Position numbers and translations under genes: made by a program
The notes under the pieces: generated by a model
Database searches by the model: none
Seen by the model: the letters and a program-made list of their open reading frames with translations, nothing else
Told to the model about the DNA's origin: nothing
Part shown: piece by piece, positions 41,900 through 58,029 of the stretch
How the letters are laid out: each line of letters begins with the position of its first letter
How positions within the stretch are numbered: the first letter of the stretch is position 1
NCBI RefSeq assembly: GCF_009914755.1
Contig: NC_060942.1
Source of the DNA: the human T2T-CHM13v2.0 reference genome, Homo sapiens
Strand: one strand, 5' to 3'
DNA: 64,000 nt

Positions 41900-43205
41900 T
41901 TATTCAATAAAGATATGATGCTAATCAGATACTTGGAAAATTTATAACACCACTGGAAAAAATATATATACAAATGATTAAGTCCTAAGGTCTAGAACAA
42001 AGGGAAAGTGCAAAAGCCCATCCCAGTGAAGATTTGTGATTCTTTTAAATGACTATGAAATGCATATAATGGGACCTTTATAAAAAGTCCAATTCTCAAT
42101 AGTGTGCTTCTTATAAAATCCTAATTTTATTTCACTGATGGCAATCTTTAGGCCACTCTAGGCCCAAAACTTTAATTTTTATTGAAATCATCAAGAAATT
42201 ACAGTACTAAGATTCATCCCTTTCAGATCAGAAATTAAGATTGAGAGAAATTTAATTTCCACTATTTTCCAAGTAGGTTACTCTCTCCAGAACCAGAAAC
42301 ATTCTTATTTAGATCCCATTGTTAAAAGCATATTTTGGTAAATGGGTATCAATAAAATATGCAGTTATAAAAATAACATTTTGGTTAAACCCTAGAATGT
42401 TAACTACACAAAGGATTCCAGAGTAGGAATTGTTTTTCATACAATTAACAAATTCGTGTTTGGATTCATAAACAACACATAACTTTATATGGATTGATGC
42501 TTTCCCACACTTTTTTAAGAAAGTATCACAATCAGAGAGACAGGCTAAAGTGAAAAAACATTATCAGAGATGTCACAGATTCCTTTTGCTCAAGTGGGAC
42601 ACAACGAAAAGCCATCTTGTGTCCCTCTTGTACAAGAAGAACATCTTTTCACGGAATTCCAGAGTTGGAGCAGAGGGAAGGCTTGAATTTGCCACATTTG
42701 CAACTGCCAGACCACAGGGCAGACTCAGTTCTGTTTTCTGGTGTTCACTAATTTTTCTTAACCTCTCTCTTAGGCATCTGAGGGTCTGCTGGACTATGGG
42801 CCTCATCATTTCCTCAGCCTCCACTGAGGGCCTGAATACTCCTCAGAGACTGCAGCCACTTTGAAGGATGCAGGAGAGGCAGGAAACTGGCTTGTGTTCC
42901 ATCGCAAAAGGATTCCAGCAGAGGTAGGATAGCTACGTCCACCGCTTCTCTACTGTACAGACCTCAGCAGCAAGAGGTCTGAGCTCTACAGGGTCAGGAT
43001 GGTAAAGTTCTGTCTGAAAACTCACAGGCTTCTAAGAATAGCATGGCCAATTCCCAAAAGCAGTGTCACTCTCAGGGCAGAACTCACTCCTACATCCAAT
43101 CCAGCTCAATCTTCTGCCCCACAAGGGACTTTCTCCTTCAAAGAATTTCTACAGCAAGTGTTTTCAACTTGCTAATGTTGACCCTCATGTAAAACCTGCC
43201 TTGCA

Positions 43206-43518
<313 letters not shown>

Positions 43519-43672
43519 TTAATGCCTAATTGAGCAACATCTTGTCAGAGAAACTGTAAACTTTCATATCGGGATGCTTCTTATACATCCCTTTGGAGCC
43601 CAATATATGCATGTGTTATATTAATACTGAATGAATACTGTTTGAGAAGAAAAAAGAGAAAAGCTTAACTAG

Positions 43673-44104
<432 letters not shown>

Positions 44105-44114
44105 AGTGCCTGCC

Positions 44115-44630
44115 TTTGAAGGTGAAGGATACAATGAGAGGTATAGCAGAGTCCAGGTCACACAGCCCCTTGGACACTATGCTAAGGAGCAGGCCCTTAA
44201 CATTTATTGCTCAGAAGGTCATTGAGGAATGTTTTGCAGGGTATAAAACAGTCAGTTTTGCTTTATGGCTAAAACACTCTGATGACAATGTGAAACATGA
44301 ATTTGAGGGGCAAGACTGGAAGCAGGGTTAAGTGCAGGACACCAACAGAGAAATGGCTAGGAATTAAACTAGGGCAATAGTCATAAGGATGCAGAAATGG
44401 GAACAAGTATAAGATAGAGAAATAGGTACAACTTGATGACTGACTCTTGAGGGAAAGGGGTGGCAGAATTCAGGAGTGACTCACTACACTGGAAATGCCA
44501 TATGTGTCTTTTCAGCTAACCTATAATCTGCAAGAGTTCCTGGACTATACTGTGGTATTTACCACTGTCTCTATCATCTGGTACACACCCTTGCAGGTGG
44601 TAGACACTTAATAAATACTCCTTGAATTAA
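44115..44630. mobile_element. L2 remnants
   Basis: 'gagggcaagactggaagcaggg...aactagggcaatagtcataaggatg'; 3' tip 'gtagacacttaataaatact'. Confidence 0.6.
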
Positions 44631-44999
44631 AATTAAAAATCTGTTGATTAGATCTGACTCTTACACATCTAGGAAAATTATTTGAAAAAAAACTTTATTC
44701 TTTTCTAGGTCAGAACCTACTCAAATAAACTTAAAGAGTTTAAAAAGGCATTCTATTTTTACTATCATCCCTTTCAGAAATGAAATTTCAATTTCTCTAA
44801 TTTGACATTACCATGGTTAAGTGGACCTCACTATCAAAACATCTTCCTAACATACATTGCTAAGCATTATGTTTCCATTGAAATCATAATTGTATTTCAT
44901 GAAACAAACACATTAGTTTTTTTAAAACTGTTTCTTCATACAAATCAAGAAAAACTGGAAAGTGGTTATACCTCCATGAAGAAAGACTGAAACCTAGGA

Positions 45000-45519
45000 C
45001 AGTTGTTCCCTCATTACCTGCAGTTTCACTTTTGCAGTTTCAGTTACTTAGTCAATCATGGTCTGAAATATTGTAATATATTTGTAAATATATATTATAA
45101 TATTTATTATTATTTATATATACAGTATATAAATATTTCTATATAATATATATTATTTATATATATAATATATATTATTTTTATATATATAATATATATT
45201 ATTTTTATCTATATAATATATAAATATATTACAATATTTTTATATATACAATATATAAATATATTACAATATATTTTATATATAAATAAGACATTTTAAG
45301 AGAGAGACTATATTCACACACCTTTTATTATAGTCTATTGTTATAACTGATCTATTTTATTATTAGTTATTGTTAATCACTTACCTTGCCTAATTTGTAA
45401 GTTAAACTTTATCATAGGTATGTACATATAGGAAAAAACACAGTTTGGTATTATGTGCAATTTCAGGCATCCACTGGGATTCTTGGAACCCATCCCCCAT
45501 GGATAATAGGAGACTACTA
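45000..45519. mobile_element. TcMar-Tigger MITE (MER44-like) with internal AT-rich expansion 45070-45290
   Basis: Termini 'cagttgttccctcattacctgcagtttcac' and 'tttcaggcatccactggga...ggataataggagactacta'. Confidence 0.85.
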
Positions 45520-45764
45520 TACTCAGTATCAAGCTGTTGGCTGCATACACAAATCATTATTTTTCTTCAGAACAAGTTCATGAAAGCATGACAGTCACCT
45601 GGTCTTTGAAATGCTAACTGTTAATATTTTTCTAGGTAATAGAAAATAATATTAGTCTTTTTTGTGAGATTCAGAAATAAACACTATACAAATCTAACAA
45701 TACTGTATGTGGCGTGACATACGGATCCTTAATAACTTTTCTTTCTTGTAGATTAATAGAATTT

Positions 45765-46255
45765 TTACCAGCCAGGGTCCCCAATAGAAAACAGATGACA
45801 CACAGACAATAGGCTAATTTTAGCAGAGTTTATTTATGAAAAGCTTAATCATAAAGGCATTGCTCTGGGGGAAACACAATACACAGAAGAGTCACCAAGG
45901 CCTGACAGTAGCCTGACTGTCACCATTCCTATGCCACAAAGAAGGAGGGGAGCAGTGGTTACTGGGATCTGGAGAGAGAAAGTCATGTAGAAAAAGATCC
46001 CTTGAAAGGACCAGAGATTTCTGCTAAGGGGCACTGAACTCCTTCAACTCCACAGGAAGGAGCCCAGGCAAGCAACTACTATGCCAGTGCTCTCCTCCCT
46101 CCCTCTGGTCTTTTAATAGTGCTCTCAATTGGCCAAACCCAACAAAGGCAATGGGATCCCATTAGCAAGTCCATATAGGCAGGCTCCAGGGGCAGAGAAC
46201 AGGGTGGAGAATGGTGGGAAGGGGACCTGGAGGAGAAAATAGAAGACACCAGCTT
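45765..46255 (-). mobile_element. Old ERV solo LTR (LTR78-like)
   Basis: 'gaaaacagatgacacac...attggccaaacccaac...caggctccaggggcagagaacagggtggagaatggtgggaaggggacctggagg'. Confidence 0.65.
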
Positions 46256-46610
46256 GGACTCACTCATTTGAGCTTTTCTGTCTAGGAAAGATGACCTCAG
46301 TACACTTGCCAGTGTCCAGGCTGTTTTTCATCATCTCCCTCGTGCAGAGTAAAAATTTTTCCTGAGTTCACATTTAAACTTCTAAGTATACAGCTATCAA
46401 TAAATATCATGTTCCTCTAGCATATCAGCAGGAAATCTGAAAGAACATGGGATAAGCAAGTACAAGGAAAATACAAAATGAAACACCTAGTAAAATAGTA
46501 AGTAAACATTTTAGGAATTGTGCCAAAAAATTTCTTTAGAAATCTTTAGAAACGCTTCAGAATTTAGGGATGTTTTATTATTTGTATCCCTCCTCTCCCC
46601 TCCCCATCCT

Positions 46611-46643
46611 ACACACATGCACACACACACACACACATACACA
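46611..46643. repeat. (CA)n microsatellite
   Basis: acacacatgcacacacacacacacacatacaca. Confidence 0.9.
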
Positions 46644-48429
46644 TTGAGCACTTTTGGCTCAAAAAGTGTCTTTTCTTTGATCTTTTGGAGATTTAAAATC
46701 TGCTTATCTGTGGAATGGAACTTCAAGAGATCTTTTTATCTAAGTGCTTAGACATTTCTACAAAAGGCACTCTTTAATCTGAAAAGTATCGATTTTTCTT
46801 ATTAATTGCTACTGTTTGCCAACGGTACAAAAATTTTCCTTGTCTTATGTCTGTTTATCACACTATGTCCAAAACAGTTGGATTTCCAGCACTTTTGTGA
46901 GCTACTTAGTATGTTTAGTACTGAGCATGGCACTTAGTAAGTGCACAATTAATATCGGTAATAATGGTAGTTGGTAGCTGTAGTTGTTTATTCTTTTGAA
47001 AAAAATAGTATTTTTTCAAGGCAAAGATTCAGAAATGCACTGTAAAGTGTGAGATTCAGCTAAAAGTTCTGTCTTACAATATGCACTGTCATGAATGTAA
47101 AACTTTTTAAAAAGCTTCCATTTTCTTGATGAATATTTGGAAGTTTATGATAAAGACATTGAAATCCAGTGGATCGCAGAGATTCTAGCCATATTGGCAA
47201 GGACTCTAAAATCAAACCTCAAATATAGCTATTTTATTTATTCGTTTATTTACAGGGGCTTCACATCCTAGCTTCTTCCCAAAAGAAAAAAAATGTTTTA
47301 TTGTCATTTCTTCCTCATTTTCTGTGTCTTTCCTTAGAGTAGAAACTGACAGGTTAGATCATATTCCGGCAGAGTAATGAAACCACAGCCCAGACATATA
47401 TTATTTAAAGACCTGGATTTCATTCACCATAGGTGAAGATGACTGAAGTCAAAGAGCCTGGTTTATATCACTGGGCTGCCAGCAGGACAGAACTTGCAGC
47501 CTCTGCTTCCCATTATGAACAGATCTATAAAGGAAGCTATGCCTTTGTTTCTCCACCAAAGCACTCATTTTATATAGTGCCAACTTACAGAATTTTCAAG
47601 AGCAGAACTTCAGTGGGCAAAACAGGAAGATCCCTCAAACTGGTTTTGAGTATAACTCATCAAAATATGAGAAAAATAGAAAATACAGGTTCATGGCATA
47701 GTTTCTCTCAAATACTAGACAAATAATAGGTGCAGGCAAAAATAATTTGTTTCTTTGAACCTGATACTGCTAATGTCATGCAGAATGAGAGCTGTATTGA
47801 TTAAACTTTAATTTGAGATACAGAGTTTAAAATGCTAATCTCATTCACTAGTTCATGAGACTTTCATAATCAATTTTATGTTCGTGTTCTTCATCATGAT
47901 GGTATTATTTTTTAACAGGCCAGAGTCCTTTTACTAGCAGTATACTGGCCACTATGTAATTGGTCCTCTACTACACTGATTGTTAAACATTTCGAATATT
48001 ACCTTGGGTCAAAGTTCCTTTAATGAAGGATTTTTATCAATCTCTTTTATTATTAAACTTAACAAATTGAATTCTGTAGTTGCACTTCTAGTTACAGTGC
48101 AGAAAAGCATAAAAGAATTTTGCTCCTGTCATAAAAAGAAAACACACAACAAACTAAAACTTTCTCTATTCTTTAACACCAACAAAGAATAGCCAACACA
48201 AATTAGTCGAAATGCTGAATTAACTGAATCTTGACAGGCTGATTGCTCAGAAAATCTTTGCTTCATTCAAATTTTCTCTACAAAATTCTGGTAAGGAATC
48301 TATACTGCTGCAGCTTTGTGACTTTCTAACCAGAATGTGTTCTCTCTGCTGGGTCATCATTTTTCATGCTTGCTATGGCCAACTGATGTAGAGTAATAAA
48401 CTTACTTTCATGGGAAGAAATCCAATGGC

Positions 48430-50100
48430 AGTTGTTGAATCCAGTGATTCTCAGTCTTCATCTTCTTTGTCCTATTGCATTTGACTCCACTGATCCGTAA
48501 AATACTTTCTGCATCTCACTGCTGCATTTCCTCCATCTTTCTGGTCCCTCCTCACTTAGTTGCTGGTTCCTCCTCATTACCCTGTCCTCCAAATTTTGGA
48601 GTATCTCAGGCGTAAGTCCTTGGACCTCTCCTTTTTTCTCTCCACCCTCACTCCATAGGTAATTAGTATGGCTTGAGTTTGAATATGTCCCCCAAAATTC
48701 ATTTATTGGAAACTTAATCCTCAATGGAGAAGTGTTGGGAAGTGGGACCTTGAAGAGTGATTGAATCATGGGGGGCAAAACCTTCATAAACTGATTAATG
48801 CCTTTATCATGAGAGTGGGTTTGTTATAAAAGGACAAGTTTATCCTCCTCTTGCTTGCTCTCTCTCACCCTCTCTTTGCCCTTCTGCCATAGGATGATGC
48901 AGCAAGAAGGCCCTTGTCAGATGCTAGCCCCTTAATCTTGGACTTCCCAGCCTCCAGAACTGTGAACTAATTAATTTTGTTCATTATAAATTACTTAATC
49001 TGTGGTATTCTGCTGCAGCAACACAAAATGGACTAAGGCAATATTATTACCCAGACTCATTGTTTTAAATACCATTTGTGCCTTAAAAATTCCAAAATAC
49101 CATCTATGCCCTAGTAATTCCAAAAATTTCTCCAGCCTAGACTTCTTCCTGCACTGTCTTCATTTGGATATCTAATAATCATCTCAAACACAACATGTCC
49201 AAGAATGAGTTCTTGATTTTTCCATCAAACTTTCTCTCCCCAAAGTTTTCCCCACCTCAATAAACAGCAATTCTATTCTTTCAGTGGCTTACATCAAATT
49301 GAGTCATCCTTGATTCCTCTCTTTATCTTACACCGTACATCTCATCCATTAGCAAATCCAGTCTACTCTACCTTCAAATTCTATCTAGAATCCAACCACT
49401 TCTTATCTTCTCTGCTACTATCATTTTGGTTGAAGCCATCATCCTCTCTTTCCAAGAGTATTACAAGAGCATCCTAGCTGGTGTCCCTGGTCCTCCTTGC
49501 CTCTCTGCACTGTAGTCAACACAATAGCTTGGAGTGCTCCTTTTAAAAGTGAAGGCAGATCATGTCACTCCTCTGCTTAAAAAGTCTTTCATAGCTTCTT
49601 TTCCCATTCCAAACAAAAGCCAAAATCCTTACAATGATCCGTAAGGCTCTACACAATCTGTTCCTGTCACTCTCTGATCTCAGCCCCATCTTGCTCCAGC
49701 CACAGTGGCCTCCTTGCTGTTCCTTGAACACACCAGCTTTATTGTCACCTAGAGTCTTGTAGGAATTGTTCCCTCAAATATCCTGATGGCTCTTTCCATC
49801 ATCTCTTTTAGATCTTTGCTCAAATATTACCCTCTTAGTGAAGATTTCCCCAACAATACTATCTAAAATTTCAGTTTTCCGCCAGCATTGTCTATCCCCC
49901 TTACTTTAGTTCCTCTTTATCAGTCATCATGATCTAACATAATTTAGATTTTGCTCATGTATCTTCATATCTCTGTCTGTTTGTTCTTTATTTAATGTAA
50001 GCATCTTGATAGTACCATTTTCTAATGTGTTGTTCATTATCCTAATTGAGACAACACCTGGCTCAGCACACAGTCAGTAAACATTTGTTAAATGCACATA
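48430..50100 (+). mobile_element. L2, ~1.3 kb, interrupted by an MST LTR
   Basis: 'tggatatctaataatcatctcaaacacaacatgtccaa', 'cagccacagtggcctccttgctgttccttgaacacacc', and 3' end 'cagtaaacatttgttaaatg'. Confidence 0.88.
48667..49040 (+). mobile_element. MaLR solo LTR (MSTB/C/D-like)
   Basis: 'tttgaatatgtcccccaaaattc...gaaacttaatcc' through 'ttggacttcccagcctccagaactgtga...acaaaatggactaaggca'. Confidence 0.9.
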
Positions 50101-50239
50101 TAGAACATTTACTTTTCTACTTGAAATTAGATGTGAAGATAGATTCTTTGCTTGCACAGAGTCGTGACATTTCCTAAGTAATGCCTCTGCTTGTGAATCA
50201 CAGTGACTGTCATGTATGAGTATACAGACATGATACTCT

Positions 50240-50440
50240 GATCTAAGGATATCATACATGTTAATTTAAATCTCAGAACAATCCTATAAATAGGTATCAT
50301 TATCCAATTTTAGAAATGAAGAAACTAAAGCTTGGAGAGTTTAACTAAATACTCTAAAGTCACAGAGCTAGCATGGATTGAGCTAGATTTCAAACTCAGA
50401 TCTATACAACTATAAAGGCCTCCTTCTTCATTACTATGAC
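50240..50440 (-). mobile_element. MIR
   Basis: 'acaatcctataaataggtatcattatccaattttagaaatgaagaaactaaagct'. Confidence 0.8.
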
Positions 50441-52361
50441 AGGCTACCTTCCTTTGAAAAATTGCTTAGGACATTATTCACTTAATAGTTACTCACTCAA
50501 AATCAAGAATTTGTGTATAACTAGACTATGTCACACTGTGTTAGGCATAAAGCAAAATAACCTTCGGTAAGGTGATCAATGAACAAAAAACTGCAAAACC
50601 TCTTTGGTGTTAGCACACCTTAAAAAACCCCTAAAAACCTCCTTTTTTTGTTTATTTCTCATCTGTATCCCAAATTTGCTAATACCCCACATCAGCTACA
50701 TTCTTTTTCATTATTTGTTGTAATAACTTATTGATTACATTATGTGTTATAACAACACTATTTGTTGTTATAACTTATTGATTCCAGAAATGTTAACTTG
50801 AGGATTGTAAAGGGAAATATGTTTATTTCCTTATTAGTTAATTTGATTAACTTTGTTATTATTCTTTGTTTTATGTTCTTGCCAGAACTGACAGATCCAT
50901 TTCACTCTTGGGTTGTGGTGAACTTACCATTATGTTGCTATATTCAAATAGAATAGGATGAAGAATGAAGAAAAAGATGAGGAAGATTTACATACATCAA
51001 AAACTTCTCTTCAGTAACATGAATCTCATTTATTTAGTCACTGGTAAACAGACTAATAGGGAGGGCCTATATAACAGAAACATACACATTAAATTATTCT
51101 AATTAGAAAGCACATTTATGTGTATATGTTTGCCGTTATACTCTACTTATTCCTATTTTATATCAAATTTATACCTTGGAAGTGCTACTTCGATTATGAA
51201 CCAACCCGCAAATCATCTGAAACTTACTTGTCTTTTAACTCTAAACAAAAGAACTAATGGCATCTCCTATATGAACTTTGGAGATCATAATTTATGCAAT
51301 AAGGTACCTATCACCATCAATAAAAAGTAAGCTTCCATTTGGGCCCTGGACAATATTCATCAGAACCAAACAAGAATGGGAAACAAGAATTAGAGGACTC
51401 ATTCAGTCAAACAAAATCTAAGGATTAAAACAAGAAACAATTGTGAAAACGTATTTCAGTCACTAAGCCTATCCTTAATTTCTAATCTTTCTGGATAGAA
51501 GAACCACTTAATATTATAAATGTCTGCTAAAAACATTTAATAAATAATGTACTGAAGATCTGATGCTCTATGTTAGTTCAAGTATGTAGAAAAACATTTC
51601 AAGTGATTATGCAAAAGTGAAGCATACACCATTTTCTTCTGTTTCTTTTATTTGCAACTCATGAATAATTTCTGCTTCTGATGATGATAAATCCCCTTCT
51701 GATCAGGGTAGCTACAGATTTAAACTTGGATTTACAGTTAATAGCATGAAGTAGTTAAATAAGCTGAAGTTGGAATATGCTGCAAAAGGGAAGTATTGTA
51801 AATATATTTCCTTTAACAAATAGAAAGATATAAAAGACATTTTGAGAAAACAAATTTTAATTTTAGAGAACAAGTACAACAAAGGAAGCAAGCAATAATA
51901 ATAACAAAAAAAGCACTGGAAATCCACAAAATAAAAATGAAACTTCCTTCATTTCTTCTCCATCAGATAATGTGAATGTTGTTTTCTCTTTTATTTATTA
52001 CACATAATTAAATATGTATAACCTAGGCAGTAGATGGAAGAGTGGATTAGAGCTATAATACTAACATGAAATATGCCCAATACCAGCCATTAAGTATGAA
52101 AAGAAAGCTGAAGAACAATATGTATTCATGAACTTTTTATGGAAAAGTGCTTCTACCCAAACTAGTTGTTGTTTATATGTGAAAGCCTGGGGAAAGGTTT
52201 GGAAGAATACATACCCAACTGTAAAAATGACTTTCTCACAGAGAATTGTGGCTACTGTGGGAAAAAGGAGCTTTGATACTTATTCTGGATACCTCTGTGG
52301 TGTTTGAAATTTTCAATAAGAATGATATTTCTTGCCAAATTACATACAAAGTAAAACTACA

Positions 52362-52661
52362 GGCCAGGCGTGGTGGCTCATGCCTGTAATCCCAGCACTT
52401 TGGGAGGCCGAGGTGGCCAGATCACCTCAGGTCAGGAGTTCGAGACCAGCCTGACCAACATGGAGAACCCCCATTTCTAGTAAAAATACCAAATTCGCCA
52501 GGCATGGTGGTGCATGCTTGTAATCCCAGCTCCTTGGGAGGCTGAGGCAGGAGAATCACTTGAACCAGGAGGCAGAGGTTGCAGTGAGCCGAGATCACAC
52601 CATTGCACTCCAGCCTAGGCAACAAGAGTGAAACTTCATCTCAGAAAAAAAAAAAAAAAAC
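52362..52661 (+). mobile_element. Alu (AluSp/Sq-like), beside an L1ME remnant at ~52000-52340
   Basis: Full Alu. Perfect 16-bp TSD acaaagtaaaactaca at 52346-52361 and 52662-52677. Confidence 0.97.
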
Positions 52662-53011
52662 ACAAAGTAAAACTACATAAATGTTTATATGCACAACTTC
52701 TCGTTTAGTGTTTTCAGCTAGAAAACATCAAGGCTAGATTACAGACCAGCTTTGGAGCAGTCTGGAATCAAGTTCCACCCTCATCCTGATTAAACATGTA
52801 ACCTTAGATGAATTATCAAATCTGAATCTATGGACTTCAACGTCCTCATCAGTAAAATTCAGAGACTGAGTTCAGTGATATCATAAGCTCCTTCCTGCCT
52901 AAGTGTTTATGATTTTACTATGAAAAAGGAAGACTTTAAGTCAATAAAACATTTCTAGATTCTCTTTTCTTGGTAAGTTCTTTGTGTCTAATCAGAGATT
53001 CTAATTACTTA

Positions 53012-54981
<1,970 letters not shown>

Positions 54982-55204
54982 TATGTAATTCAAGATATTC
55001 CAATTTCATATACACGTGCATACCATGCACTTACACATACACATACATTCTTCAGGAGGAAGTCAAGACCAAGGTCATCTTCTGCAGCCCTCCACATGTT
55101 TGCCTGCAATATTTTAATGACATAAAGTCTTAGCTTTGTTGCCAGGTGTGAGGAAGTCATGATAAATTTTTACCTTTATTCACCCTTATTCTGTTTTGAC
55201 CTCA

Positions 55205-55912
55205 ACTGGTGTATTGCAATTCAATTATGGCACTAACCACCTGGAGTTAGCAGAGACCCCAAAGTTACAGGGCAGAGTCCACAACAAGACTGCCTTCACT
55301 TCATATCAGCTGGCTCCAGTTCTGGGTGATTTCCACAATCCCGCTAACTCACTAGAGTGGCTCACGAAACTTTAGAAGGCATTATATTTATGATCACAAT
55401 TTTATTATAAAGGATATAACTTGGGAACACTTAAATAAAGACACACATAGAATAAAGTGTAGGGGGGTCTCAAGTACAGAGTTTCTCTGCCCTGTGTTCA
55501 TGGAATCAGTGCCCATCACCCTCCCAGAACATCTGTGCATTCACCAGCCAGAAAGCACCACTGAGCTTCGGTTTCCAGAGTTTTTGCTGGAATTACATTA
55601 CATAGAGATGATTCATTAAATAATTGGCCACATGACTGAAGTTGATCTCCAGCCCTCTGTTCCTCCTCAGGGGTCAGGCTGACTCCACATCTCAACTCTT
55701 TAATCACATAGTTGTCCTTTCTGGTGAGCAGCTCCCCTCCTGAAGCTACCTAGGGGCCCACGGTGAACCACCTCATTTGCATAAACTCAGGGGTGACCCA
55801 AGAGGCTCAAGAATAACAAAGATGCTTCTACCACTTGAAAAGTTCCCATGGTGTTAGACGCTCCATGCCAGTAACCTAGGACAAAGATTAGACACATTTT
55901 TAAATTATACAA
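55205..55912 (-). mobile_element. ERV LTR (MER21-like)
   Basis: 'caattcaattatggcactaaccacctggagttagcagagacccc...acaagactgccttcacttca'. Confidence 0.8.
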
Positions 55913-56079
55913 CTCCAAACCTTCTGGGGATAGTATTTAAATTTGACAACCCCAGCATTTTTGTTACCAATACAGAACTACCAATGACATAGCATCCTTA
56001 ATTACATATACCTAATTTAGTGACTTTCAGCTAACAGTTTACACAACAAATTTGTGGTTGCTTTATCTCTCTACGGTCC

Positions 56080-56330
56080 TGAGAGGAGGACAGCATCGTG
56101 GTTAAGTGCTGCAAGCTCTAGAGATAAAGTTATTGGGTTTAAATCCAGGGCGCTTTCATGTCTCAGTTGTTAGGCAAATTCTCTTTCTGTGCCTCTTTTC
56201 TCCCTCTGTAAAATGGGAAATGAAAATTATACCCATCTCCAATGTTAATTGTTAGGACTAAATGAGCTAATCTATGCCAAGTGTTGAGGACAGTGCATGG
56301 CACTTAGTGAATGTTCACTATTATTATTGT
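56080..56330 (+). mobile_element. MIR
   Basis: 'gcatcgtggttaag...ctgtaaaatggga...gacagtgcatggcacttagtg'. Confidence 0.82.
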
Positions 56331-56384
56331 CATAATGAAACTTGTAAATACTGTTTATTAAATGTTTCACCTTGACACATACAG

Positions 56385-56590
56385 CTTTGTTTTTCCCTTG
56401 TATAAATTTAAGGGTTACAAGTGCAGTTTTGTTACATGAATATATTGTGTAGTGGTAAACTCTAGGCTTTTAGTGTAACCATCACCCAAATATCATGCAT
56501 TAAACCCATTAAGTAATTTCTCATGCTTCACCCCCTCCCACCCTCCCACTGTCTGGGTTTCCATTGTCTATAATTCCACACTCTATAACC
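56385..56590 (-). mobile_element. L1MA1/2- or L1PB-like 3' end
   Basis: 'gggttacaagtgcagttttgttacatgaatatattgtgtagtggt...taaccatcaccca'. Confidence 0.8.
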
Positions 56591-58029
56591 TTGGTTCCTA
56601 GAGCTTTCATACTATCCAAATTATCTTCAAAATTGAAAATCCTACCCCACAGTTGAATATATCATCGAGCTCCAAAAATAAAGGGGCTGGACTAAATAAT
56701 CTGAATGTCAATTCTGATTCAGAAATGGTATAATTATATAGCTGGCCTCCCGTCATCTAAAGGAATTCTAGTTCTGTAGTCTAACCGGTGTGACTTCCTT
56801 ATACATTCCTTAGAATCCTAAGATAGTGATTCAGAATTTCTCTGTCAGAATTATACTGAAAGTATGAGGAAAGGAGCTCTGCCAGTACATCCCAGGCAGG
56901 CTCTATTTCAGGTCAACAGGGCTAAGGTATCAGACAAAAGTTGAGGACATACCCAGATCTGCAGACTTCTATCAAGGTAGAAAAGATCCATTTTCTCTTT
57001 CTACAAAGAAAAGTCTACTTCATCTTCCCCCCGCCTGAGAGCAGCAAATGCAGTCTGCCCTCTGCCAAACCCATCCTTTGTTATTAAACAACATACCTCT
57101 GTGTTTGCCTTTTGCTTATCTTTTTTTTCTGTCTGCAATTGATTCACAGCACCTGATGTGACAGATCATCAGATTTTATTAAAACCATTTAGAATTTCTA
57201 GCATCCTGCCATCTCTTTGTGCCTGATCTTTTCTTATTATTTCACCTATAGGCTAAAATCCCACAAGTTATAGCTCAACAGGAGAAAATTAAATCAAACA
57301 ATTTCTTCATTTCTTTTGATTAATATTTTGAAGATGAAAATAATGTTTTGCTATGGTATCTTTGGAAAGCTAATATTTGATTGTTAAGAACGATTCAAGC
57401 TTAACGCCGAAGAGGTATGGGTCTTAATTCACATCCAAATAGTCAATAAGTAATCATTTCCTTACTTTTTTTATGTATTAGCACATCTGCAATGATGTAG
57501 TCCATTCATAATGACTCAAAGAGATAATAGAGCAGAGAGTAATGACAATAAAGAAGTTTGGATAGAAAACTAAATGACAAAATAGCTTAATAAAACACAT
57601 AAAAATAATAGAGAAAATGAGAAAAACCACTCTTAAGATTTAAGAATGAAATATTGTACTGGGAGAATGCTGTCTATATCATACATCTTGATTTTAGACA
57701 CCTTCTCCATTAAGGTGTGAGCTTATTGGCTCATGTAGCTGAAACACTGACATTTTGGCTTCATAAAAGCAGAATTGCATGGATTTGTGGCTGGCCATCT
57801 TAATGACGTACCCAGAGGGTCAACTAACTAAATATACCTAAATACCCCAAAGTAAAGGAAGGACTTTTGTGCCACACAGAGTTTTAACCTTGTTCCTATC
57901 TCATTCAACATTTTATAATTTTTTATCTACATGAAGACAGATGAAGATATTTTTATTAGCTTCTCATAAAAAGCCAAATGATTTCTTGGTATGTTGATTG
58001 ATGGGCTCAATATCAAAATTATGCTGATG

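Noticed and set aside
47433-47726. 97-aa ORF after an acceptor-like site in unique DNA
   Set aside because: No recognisable homology and no convincing donor; kept only as a possible non-coding exon.
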